64,000 nucleotides of DNA, taken from Kiritimatiellia bacterium. Its GTDB lineage: Bacteria > Verrucomicrobiota > Kiritimatiellia > CAIQIC01 > JAGNIJ01. Position 1 is the stretch's first letter; each line of letters starts with the position of its first letter. This document shows positions 54,903 to 62,955 of this stretch, piece by piece. The position numbers and the translations under genes were made by a program. The notes below the pieces were generated by a model. That model did no database searches and was not told the DNA's origin. It saw only the letters and a list, made by a program, of their open reading frames with translations. The stretch lies in NCBI GenBank assembly GCA_018001225.1, contig JAGNIJ010000009.1, forward strand, positions 821 to 64,820. Direction: 5' to 3'.

Positions 54903-55068
54903 CCGATCATCGAACGGCAGTCATTCTGCCATTGGCGCTTTCCTGCGCCCGAAGCACAGCGGGTTCGTAGCCCCCGCTGCACGTTCAACAGACGTCCACG
55001 GTACAGCAGGCGCTATGAGCCTGCTGTTCTGCCCGGAATGAGAATGGCCGATCGAACGGATGTCCGCG

Positions 55069-55097
55069 TTGACAGCCGGGGCATGGCGTGACATCAT
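55069..55097 (+). promoter_or_regulatory. Putative sigma70 promoter of the FHA gene
   Basis: TTGACA-N17-CATCAT with a TG extended -10; GGAGG RBS before ATG 55129. Confidence 0.55.
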
Positions 55098-55128
55098 TCA
55101 AAAGCGTTGAAACCGGAGGGCACTTTTC

Positions 55129-55629
55129 ATGGCCTCATTGATCGGCATGTCGGCAGAGGTAAAAGGGAAGGCGTTCCCGATCGACCGGGACGAGATCACG
55201 ATCGGCCGCGCCAAGGACAACGTCGTGGCGATCGAGAGCCCGACCGTGTCCGGCCATCACTGCGCCATTCTCCGGGACGGGGTCCGGTACACGCTCAAAG
55301 ACCTGGAATCCACGAACGGCACGCGCCTGAATTCGAAGGACGTGTCCGAGGCCAAGTTACGCCCGAAGGACATCGTGCAGATCGGCTCCGTCGAGTTCCT
55401 GTTCGACGCGGACCAGACGGAGGCCGTGGACACCCACAGCTATGCCGAGGCCCAGATCGAGGTGGCGCCCGGCCCGACGGCCGCGCCGGAGTCGTTCAGT
55501 TCCATCTCGCCGTTCGGCGCGCGCCGGACGGAGTCCTCCGGCATGGGCCTGGTGATCATCACGCTGGTCGGCATCCTGGCCCTCGTCATCGTCGGGCTCT
55601 TCGTGGTCAAGCTCATCTTCTCCGACTGA
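55129..55629 (+). CDS. FHA domain protein with C-terminal TM helix (166 aa)
   Basis: ITIGR..DN...I....VS..HC.I......L.DL.STNGT.LN. Confidence 0.9.
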   Translation: MASLIGMSAEVKGKAFPIDRDEITIGRAKDNVVAIESPTVSGHHCAILRDGVRYTLKDLESTNGTRLNSKDVSEAKLRPKDIVQIGSVEFLFDADQTEAVDTHSYAEAQIEVAPGPTAAPESFSSISPFGARRTESSGMGLVIITLVGILALVIVGLFVVKLIFSD

Positions 55630-55634
55630 CGGGC

Positions 55635-56294
55635 ATGCGGCCTTTGCGACGGATGGCGCGTTCCGGTTTCACCCTCGTGGAGCTCCTGATCGCGATGGCG
55701 ATCGCGGGCCTTCTCGTGGGCGTGGTCTACGCCCTGTACCACACCGTGATGACGGCCGTGTCCGGGCGGCGCGTCCGCGACGAGGAACTCGTCCGGGCCG
55801 GCCGCGCGATCGATGCCGTCAGCGCCGATCTCGCCGCCCTGTTCCCGGCGCCCGGCGAGGAGGGGCGGGTGCGGCTGGGCCTCGAGGAGCCGGGCGCCAC
55901 GAACCGTTCGGATCTCGCGTTCTGCACCCTGCGCCTGTCCCCGGGCGAGGCCGATTCCCGCTGGCTGGAGGTCCGGCGGGTCCGTTACCGGCTGGACCCG
56001 GTCGGCGGGGAAGCGGGGCGGCTGCTCTGCGAGCATCGCCCCGTGTCCGGCCCGGGCGCGGAGGCGATGGCGACGAACGAGCTGTTCGTGGGCGCGGCGG
56101 CGTTCCGGGTCCGATTTTACGACGGGGCCGAGTGGCAGTCCGAGTGGGAGGGAACGGCCGAGCAGATGGCGCCCCGCGCGGCGCGCATCGAGCTGGATCT
56201 CCCGGGCGAAAACCGGAGCTTCCGGACCGAGGTGCTGGTGCACGCGGGCAGCGTGTTCACCAGCCGGCTGGCGCGGGCCCGGGCCGGGCCGTGA
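55635..56294 (+). CDS. Prepilin-type N-terminal cleavage/methylation protein, GspJ-like pseudopilin (219 aa)
   Basis: RSG-FTLVELLIAM prepilin peptidase site; F.VRFYDG.EW..EW......PRAARI.L C-terminal GspJ-like pattern. Confidence 0.8.
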   Translation: MRPLRRMARSGFTLVELLIAMAIAGLLVGVVYALYHTVMTAVSGRRVRDEELVRAGRAIDAVSADLAALFPAPGEEGRVRLGLEEPGATNRSDLAFCTLRLSPGEADSRWLEVRRVRYRLDPVGGEAGRLLCEHRPVSGPGAEAMATNELFVGAAAFRVRFYDGAEWQSEWEGTAEQMAPRAARIELDLPGENRSFRTEVLVHAGSVFTSRLARARAGP

Positions 56295-56312
56295 GCCGGG
56301 CCGGCGGCCGGT

Positions 56313-56552
56313 TCAGGTTTCGCCGGCCTCGTGAGCGAGGTCCAGGAACTCCTCGCGGGACACGTTCTCCAGGCGCTTGCCGCGCCGGCGCAGCTTCTCG
56401 TTGATCTTCATGCAGGTGCCGCGGAGGGTCTCGTGGGTTTCCTCGGAGCCCATGAGCACCGTGAAATTCGGGCCGCGCGTGATCCGCACGTGCCCGTCCT
56501 TCCGGTCGAGCCCGACGCCCAGCATGTGCGCTTTGGCTTGTGTTTCCGCCAT
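56313..56552 (-). CDS. Small conserved hypothetical protein (79 aa)
   Basis: LGVGLD..DGHVRITRG.NF...MGSEETHE looks like a conserved coding pattern; GAGG RBS. Confidence 0.65.
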   Translation of the reverse strand: MAETQAKAHMLGVGLDRKDGHVRITRGPNFTVLMGSEETHETLRGTCMKINEKLRRRGKRLENVSREEFLDLAHEAGET

Positions 56553-56579
56553 GGGGCCTGCATCCTCGGTCCGGCGTTC

Positions 56580-57404
56580 ATGGATATCCTACCCGGCCAG
56601 CCCCCGCGCGGCAAGGCCCGCCTCCGCGGGATCCTCGACCGGGCGTACCGCCGCTATCACCGCCCGGAATATATCGAGCCGGATCCCCTGCAACTCGTGC
56701 GCCGGTACGAGGACCCGCGCGACCAGGAGATCGCGGGCCTGGTCGCCGCGCTGCTGGCCTACGGCGGAGTGGGGGTGATCGTGCGGAATGCCGGGGCGGT
56801 GCTGGACGCGCTGGGGCCGTCGCCCGCCGCGGCCGTGGCGCGGGGCGATCCCCGGGACTGGCCGCGGCGCTTCCGGCGTTTCAAGCACCGGTGGACGACC
56901 GGCGCGCAGGTGGCCGGCCTGCTGCGCGGCATGCGGGGCCTGCTCCGGAAGCACGGCTCCCTCCATGCCGCTTTCCTTGCCGCCTACCGTGAAGGGGACG
57001 AAACGCATCTGCCGGCGCTGCGGACCTGGAGCCGCGCGCTCGCGGCGGCGGGCGGCGCGGCCTGCCGGAGGCTGGTGCCGGACCCCGCGCGGGGCAGCGC
57101 GTGCAAGCGGCTGTTCCTCTACCTGCGGTGGATGGTCCGGCGCGACGAGATCGATCCCGGCGCCTGGGCGGGTCTCCCGGCCTCCAAGCTGGTGGTGCCG
57201 CTGGACGTGCACCTGCACCGCGCCGCGCGGCGGCTCGCGCTGACGCGGCGCCGCGCGGCGGACCTGCGGACGGCGCTGGAGGTCACGGCGGCCTTCCGGC
57301 GGCTCTGCCCGGAAGATCCCGTCCGCTGGGACTTCGCCCTGACCCGGGCGGGGATGGCCGCCGAAAGGGTTCGACCCCGGCGTTTTGCGCCACAGAAGGC
57401 TTGA
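56580..57404 (+). CDS. TIGR02757 (DUF2400) family protein, HhH-glycosylase-like (274 aa)
   Basis: PDPLQ.VRRY...DQEIAGL.AA.LAYG, SACKRL.LYLRWMVR....DPG.W, L.VPLDVH, DPVRWDFAL. Confidence 0.85.
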   Translation: MDILPGQPPRGKARLRGILDRAYRRYHRPEYIEPDPLQLVRRYEDPRDQEIAGLVAALLAYGGVGVIVRNAGAVLDALGPSPAAAVARGDPRDWPRRFRRFKHRWTTGAQVAGLLRGMRGLLRKHGSLHAAFLAAYREGDETHLPALRTWSRALAAAGGAACRRLVPDPARGSACKRLFLYLRWMVRRDEIDPGAWAGLPASKLVVPLDVHLHRAARRLALTRRRAADLRTALEVTAAFRRLCPEDPVRWDFALTRAGMAAERVRPRRFAPQKA

Positions 57405-57429
57405 CGCTTCCGCACGGTTCACCTATCAC
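57401..57429 (+). promoter_or_regulatory. Putative sigma70 promoter of the TPR-exbBD cluster
   Basis: TTGACG-N17-TATCAC about 70 nt upstream of ATG 57499. Confidence 0.4.
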
Positions 57430-57498
57430 ATACAAAAGAGGTAGACCACGCGCGCCGTACGGTCGTAGTAGAAGGTGTAACGAGCCGGTGAGGCCTTT

Positions 57499-60345
57499 AT
57501 GACGAAACTATGCGCCCGTCGTTTCCGTGCCGTTTTGCTCCCCGCCACCCTTCTCCTGATGCTCCAGACCCCGGTCGCTTCCGCGCAGGAAATGAACGTG
57601 GACCAGGATTTCGAGTTCGCGCGCGCGCTGATTCCCCTCGGCTTCGCCGATTACTCCGACAAGGTGGTGCAGAACATCCTCCGGCTTCATCCCGACATGA
57701 AGGACCGCGCGACCGTGGTCCAGGCGGAGATCCTGGTGTCGAGGCGCAAGTTCGCCGACGCCGAGGCCCTGGTCCAGGCGATGGACGCGGCCAGCCCGAA
57801 GGCGCAGGCGATCAGCCTGGCGATCGGCAAGGGCTACTACGCGATCGGCGAGCAGGACAAGGCGCGCGGGATCTACGAGGCCTTCTTCAAGCAGTACGAG
57901 GGCCGCCTGCCCACCGATGCCGACCTGCTGGCCTTCTACCGCGACGCCGCGTTCCAGTTCGGGCAGATGCTGGAGATGGCGGGCGACCTGGCGGGCGCGG
58001 TGGCGGCCTATGACAAGTACCTGCAGACCAAGCCCGATCCCAACGTGGTCCGCGCCCTGATGGCCAAGCAGGCCGAGGCCCACGTCAAGCTGGCGGAGGG
58101 CCTGACCGGGGCCGAGCAGGAGAAGCACCTGGTCGCCGCGGAGAAATTGAGCACCGAGCTGCAGTGGAAAGGACTGGACATCTGGTTCGGCCAGTCGCTG
58201 ATCACCGTGGCCCACGCGCACCTGATCCGGGGCAAGCCGGCGGACGCGCAGAAGTTTCTCAACCAGAACATGGACATCCTCAAGGAGATCGACACCTTTA
58301 TCCGCGACAACGACATGTCCATGAACTTGAGCCCGATGGCCGGCGCGCGGTTCCTGCTGGGAGAGCTCTACCAGAAGGACGCGGAGGCCCTGGCGGCGGG
58401 GGGGAAGAAGGACGAGGCGGTGCCGGCCTACGGCAAGGCGATCACCGAGTTCATCAACGTCTTCGCCCAGTACAGCACCAGCGACTGGGGCCCGAAGGCC
58501 GGGCTGCGCGCGCAGGAGATCAAGAAGATCCTCGAGGAGCAGTTCGGGCGGCAGGTCAAGTGGCAGATGGACGAGAAGGCCGTCGCGCAGGTCAGCGAGG
58601 CGTCGTTCCGGCTGGCCGACAACCTCTACCAGCAGCGGAAATATCCCGAGGCGATCAACGAGTACACGAAGATCCTCCGGCAGTATCCCGAGGGCGAACC
58701 GAGCCAGAAGGCGCTGGCGAACCTGCTGGACTGCTACATCCAGAGCAACGACGCGCTGATGATCAAGGCCACCGCGGAGTACATCGGCGAGCGGTTCAGC
58801 GGGAAGGCGATCCCGGCCATGGCGCTCCTGGCGGCGGGCAAGACCTACTTCGACCGCAAGGACGAGGCGATGTACACGTACATGTACGAGACGTACCTGG
58901 CGCATTTTCCGAAGCACGACCGGGCGGCGGCGATCCTGCTGACCCTCGCCAGCCTGCGGAAGACGGCCGGCGACGAGGCGGGCGCGGCGAAGTACTACGA
59001 GCGGATCGTCGAGAACTATCCGAAGGACCAGGCCTACCCGAAGGCCTTGAGCGCGATGGCGTGGGGTTATTTCCTGGCGACGAATTACGAGGGCGCGGTG
59101 AAGGGCTTCCGGCTCTACCTCCCCGCCGCCCAGCCCAGCCCCGAGAAGGTCCAGGCCCAGTTCGCGCTGGCCGAGTCCCATCGCCTGCTGGGCCAGTGGA
59201 CCGAGGCGCTGGCCGAGAACGAAACGCTGATCGGCTGGCTCGTGCCCAAGAACAACCCGTACGCCACCTCGGCGGCCGACGCGAAGAAGAACGCCGACAT
59301 CCTGGAGAAGGCGGTGTTCCAGCGCGCCTTCTCCTACTCCCGCATGGGCGGCACGCCGGAGGAGATCAAGGAGAACCGGGCCAAGGGCATCCGCGCCTAC
59401 GACCAGTTCATCGCCTCCTTCCCGAATTCCACGCTCGCCTCCAAGGCCCTGGACGCGAAGGGCCGGATGCAGCTCGAGATCGGCCAGTTCGACGCGGCGG
59501 CCAAGACCTTCGACGACCTCGCCGCCAAGCACCCGACGACGGACGAGGGGCGCAACGCGCTCTTCTCGCTGATCCGCAGCGCGGTCGAAGTCAAGCAGTA
59601 CGAGCAGGCCGTGGCGGCCTTCGAGAAGATGTACGGGCAGCGGGACAAGTTCTCGCCGGACGAGTTCGCGCGCGTGGGCCAGCAGATGCTGGAAGGCGGG
59701 CAGTACGCGCAGGCGGTGGAGGCCTTCCAGTACGTCACGGTGAAGGTCCCCGAGGCGGCCCTGGATCCGAAGGAGGAGCGGGCGCTGCTGGAGCGCGCGC
59801 TGTTCGGGCTGGGCCGGGCGGCCTTCGAGCAGGGGCGGTTCGAGGACGCGGCGAAGGCCATGGACGACCTGATGACCCGCTACCCGAAGTCGGGCACCTT
59901 CTACGAGGCGAAGTTCATCCAGGCCCGCGCGAACAAGGAATTGAACAAGACGGCCGAGGCCATCGCGGCGCTGAACGACGTGATGAAGTTCGCCGAGGAC
60001 ACCGTGCTGCGGAACCGCACCACCTACGAGCTGGCCCTGCTCCAGAAGCAGCAGGGGGACAGGACCGCCGCCCTCGCGTCCTACCTGCGCGTGGCCCTCC
60101 TCGCGGACCCGAAGAACCCGGCGCTGACGGAGCTGGTCGAGAAGAGCCTGATGGAAAGCATCGAGCTCGGCATGGAGATGGAGCGCTACCCCGACGTGCT
60201 GGACAGCTGCGAGCAGTACATGCAGGCGTTCCCGCAGGGCCCGCGGATCGAGGACGCGCGCCGGCTGCGCAACGAGGCCCGCATGAAGGCGGCGGCCGCG
60301 GCGGCCCGGCCGGCGGCGACCAACGCGCCGTCGGGCCGGAAGTGA
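57499..60345 (+). CDS. Large secreted tetratricopeptide-repeat protein (948 aa)
   Basis: Signal peptide ending ASA-QE; many A...LA..LY....Y.EA...Y..I...YP TPR units. Confidence 0.85.
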   Translation: MTKLCARRFRAVLLPATLLLMLQTPVASAQEMNVDQDFEFARALIPLGFADYSDKVVQNILRLHPDMKDRATVVQAEILVSRRKFADAEALVQAMDAASPKAQAISLAIGKGYYAIGEQDKARGIYEAFFKQYEGRLPTDADLLAFYRDAAFQFGQMLEMAGDLAGAVAAYDKYLQTKPDPNVVRALMAKQAEAHVKLAEGLTGAEQEKHLVAAEKLSTELQWKGLDIWFGQSLITVAHAHLIRGKPADAQKFLNQNMDILKEIDTFIRDNDMSMNLSPMAGARFLLGELYQKDAEALAAGGKKDEAVPAYGKAITEFINVFAQYSTSDWGPKAGLRAQEIKKILEEQFGRQVKWQMDEKAVAQVSEASFRLADNLYQQRKYPEAINEYTKILRQYPEGEPSQKALANLLDCYIQSNDALMIKATAEYIGERFSGKAIPAMALLAAGKTYFDRKDEAMYTYMYETYLAHFPKHDRAAAILLTLASLRKTAGDEAGAAKYYERIVENYPKDQAYPKALSAMAWGYFLATNYEGAVKGFRLYLPAAQPSPEKVQAQFALAESHRLLGQWTEALAENETLIGWLVPKNNPYATSAADAKKNADILEKAVFQRAFSYSRMGGTPEEIKENRAKGIRAYDQFIASFPNSTLASKALDAKGRMQLEIGQFDAAAKTFDDLAAKHPTTDEGRNALFSLIRSAVEVKQYEQAVAAFEKMYGQRDKFSPDEFARVGQQMLEGGQYAQAVEAFQYVTVKVPEAALDPKEERALLERALFGLGRAAFEQGRFEDAAKAMDDLMTRYPKSGTFYEAKFIQARANKELNKTAEAIAALNDVMKFAEDTVLRNRTTYELALLQKQQGDRTAALASYLRVALLADPKNPALTELVEKSLMESIELGMEMERYPDVLDSCEQYMQAFPQGPRIEDARRLRNEARMKAAAAAARPAATNAPSGRK

Positions 60346-60373
60346 TTTCATAACGACGGAAAGGAAGAAGCCC

Positions 60374-61168
60374 ATGAACACCTATCGAACGAAGAGCGCG
60401 GCGTGGAAGCTGGCCGGCCTGCTGCTGACGGTGGCCGTCGCGGCCCAGGCGGCCTACGTCATCCTGTCGGACGGCCGGCGCATGGAGGGCACGGACATCC
60501 GCATGACCGCCGACGGCTCGGTCGTGCTCACGACGGTCCAGGGGCCCGTCACGCTCACGAAGGGTCAGTTCAAGCTGGCCATGGCCGACAAGGTCCCCGG
60601 CGAGTGGGAGAAGGTCGGGCAACTGGTCCAGGGCAAGAAGTACGACGAGGCCATCGCCCAGCTCAACGAGCTGGCGCGCCGGTACCGCGGCCTGGGCCTC
60701 GACGTGCAGGCGATCCAGTTGCTGGCCAAGGTGCAGATGCTCAAGGGCGACCCGGGCGCGGCGGTGACGGCGTTCGAGACGCTCTTCCGCACGAACCCGG
60801 GCGCCAAGGGCGCGCCGGACGTGGCGTGGTCTTTCCGCGAGGCCCTCCTGGGCGCCAAGCAGTTCGACCGCCTGAACACGGAGCTCAACGAGGTCATCGC
60901 GGGCGGCTCGCGGCCGGACGCGGCCAAGGCGCAGCTCATGCGCGGCGATATCAAGATGGCCCAGGGTCAGGGCGAGGGCGCGGTGATGGACTACCTGCGC
61001 ACGGTGGTTTTCTTCGGCTCGGAGCAGGCCGTGCAGCCCGAGGCGCTGCTCAAGGTGGCGGAGGGCCTGGACAAGCTGCGCGACCCTCGCGCGAAGGACT
61101 GGTTCAAGAAGCTGGTCCAGGAATACCCGAGTTCGCCGGAGGCGCAGCAGGCGCGGTCGCGGATTTAA
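60374..61168 (+). CDS. Secreted TPR protein (CpoB/YbgF-like C-terminus; 264 aa)
   Basis: Signal peptide; ILSDGR..EG N-terminal beta motif; EALLKVAE.L.KL...RA...F.KLV.EYP.S.EA. Confidence 0.8.
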   Translation: MNTYRTKSAAWKLAGLLLTVAVAAQAAYVILSDGRRMEGTDIRMTADGSVVLTTVQGPVTLTKGQFKLAMADKVPGEWEKVGQLVQGKKYDEAIAQLNELARRYRGLGLDVQAIQLLAKVQMLKGDPGAAVTAFETLFRTNPGAKGAPDVAWSFREALLGAKQFDRLNTELNEVIAGGSRPDAAKAQLMRGDIKMAQGQGEGAVMDYLRTVVFFGSEQAVQPEALLKVAEGLDKLRDPRAKDWFKKLVQEYPSSPEAQQARSRI

Positions 61169-61206
61169 GCGGATGGGCAAACGGGCACGAGAATAAGGAG
61201 AGGAAC

Positions 61207-62040
61207 ATGTCGAGCAAATACCTGGTGTGGATGATGCTGGGGATCGCGTTGGTGGCGTGGGGCTCGAAGGCGTGGGCGCAGGAGCCGGCGGCGGCGCCGG
61301 CCGCGGAAGCGGCCCCGGCGGGGGCCGCGACGGACAACGCCCTGGCCTTGAGCGACGAGGCCAAGGCCGCCGAGGAGGCGGCGGCGGCGAAGCCGAAGTC
61401 CGGGTTCTGGGCCATGATCGTGTCCAGCGGCGGGCTGGGCATCACCCTGTGGCTCTGCCTGCTGGCCACGTCCATCGCGACCGCGGCGCTGACGATCGAC
61501 TCGTTCATCAATATCCGCGAGAAGAAGATCGTGCCCCCCACGCTCGTGACCAGCGTCCGGGAGGCCATGGAACAGGGCGACGTGATGAAGGCCCTGAAGA
61601 TCTGCGAGGATTCGCCGGGCTCCCTGGCCAACATCCTCTCCGCCGGCTTCGCCAACGTGAAGGAAGGCTTCGACGTCATCCAGGACGTCGTCGGCGTGGC
61701 CGCCGACCTCGAGGGCGAGAAGCTGCTCCAGCGCGTGGCCTACCTGAACGTCTGCGCCAACCTGGCGCCGATGCTCGGGCTGCTGGGCACCGTGCAAGGC
61801 ATGATCTACGCGTTCGCCGCCCTGGCCACGATGACCGCGGGCGCGGCGCAGCAGGCCGCCCTGGCCATGAACATTTCGCAAGCCCTCTGGACCACCGCCG
61901 CGGGCCTCTGCATCGCCATCCCGGCGGTGAGCTTCTACACCTTCTTCCGCAACCGCGCGACGAAGATCATGCTGGGCATGGAAGGCCTGACCATGGACCT
62001 GATCAAGTCGCTGCGCAACGTCGAGGTCGTGGAAGAGTAA
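61207..62040 (+). CDS. exbB: MotA/TolQ/ExbB proton channel family protein (277 aa)
   Basis: L....NLAPMLGLLGTV.GMI.AF, IS.AL.TTA.GL.IAIPA...Y..F. Confidence 0.9.
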   Translation: MSSKYLVWMMLGIALVAWGSKAWAQEPAAAPAAEAAPAGAATDNALALSDEAKAAEEAAAAKPKSGFWAMIVSSGGLGITLWLCLLATSIATAALTIDSFINIREKKIVPPTLVTSVREAMEQGDVMKALKICEDSPGSLANILSAGFANVKEGFDVIQDVVGVAADLEGEKLLQRVAYLNVCANLAPMLGLLGTVQGMIYAFAALATMTAGAAQQAALAMNISQALWTTAAGLCIAIPAVSFYTFFRNRATKIMLGMEGLTMDLIKSLRNVEVVEE

Positions 62041-62079
62041 GCGCCGGGCCGCCCGGCCTCCAACCGGAGGACTGCCGGT

Positions 62080-62505
62080 ATGCGAAAGAAAGCCGAAGAA
62101 CCGGGGATGAACATGACGCCGATGATCGACGTCGTGTTCCAGCTCATCATCTTCTTCGTCACCACCGTGGACCTGGAGAGCAAGGCCATCGACGAGAACC
62201 TCAAGATGGCCATGGCGCCCCACGGCGTGGCGGTCGAGAAGAAGGATCCGCGCACGATCTTCGTGGACGTGGACTCCGACGGGCGGATCTCGATCGCCCG
62301 GGTCTACATGTCCCCGCCCATGCTGCGCCTGGTCCTGCGCAAGTCCGTCTCGCAGTACGGCCAGACCATCCCCGTGGTCATCCAGGGGGACCGGCGGACC
62401 AAGCACGAAGCGATCAAGCAGGTGATGGACTCGTGCGCGGCGGTCGGCCTGTGGAAGGTCAAGTTCGCCGCGAAGAAGGAAGCCGCGAAAACACCGCAAT
62501 CCTGA
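62080..62505 (+). CDS. exbD: ExbD/TolR family biopolymer transporter (141 aa)
   Basis: MNMTPMIDVVFQLIIFF, V.I.GD....H..I..VM..C. Confidence 0.9.
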   Translation: MRKKAEEPGMNMTPMIDVVFQLIIFFVTTVDLESKAIDENLKMAMAPHGVAVEKKDPRTIFVDVDSDGRISIARVYMSPPMLRLVLRKSVSQYGQTIPVVIQGDRRTKHEAIKQVMDSCAAVGLWKVKFAAKKEAAKTPQS

Positions 62506-62523
62506 CGGGGAAGAGAGGCTGCC

Positions 62524-62934
62524 ATGGCCAGAAAACGCAAAAAAGCGGACATGCCCGCCGCCGACCTGCCGATGACGCCGATGATCGACGTCGTGTTCCA
62601 GCTGCTGATCTACTTCCTGGTCACGATCAAGCCGCTGGACGTCATCGCGCACATGGACGTGTTCCGGCCCTCGCCGGACCCCACCGCGAAGAAGGACGAG
62701 CCCCCTCCGAAGATGATCAAGATCGTGGTCTTCCCCGACGGGTTCGTCATCAACGAGAAGCCGGTGGACCTGCCCGACCTGGACCGCCTGCTGACGCGCC
62801 TCGCGGGCATCGATACCAAGCAGACCATCATGATCATGGTCACGGCGGCATCGCCGCACGAGAAGCTGATCCAGGTGCTGGACCTGTGCTCGAAGTCGAA
62901 GCTGGTCAACCTGTCGGTGGTGAGCACGAACTAG
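62524..62934 (+). CDS. exbD: ExbD/TolR family biopolymer transporter, second copy (136 aa)
   Basis: PMTPMIDVVFQLLIYF, HE.LIQVLD.C. Confidence 0.88.
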   Translation: MARKRKKADMPAADLPMTPMIDVVFQLLIYFLVTIKPLDVIAHMDVFRPSPDPTAKKDEPPPKMIKIVVFPDGFVINEKPVDLPDLDRLLTRLAGIDTKQTIMIMVTAASPHEKLIQVLDLCSKSKLVNLSVVSTN

Positions 62935-62955
62935 GGTGCCGGGAGAAAGGTGCTT

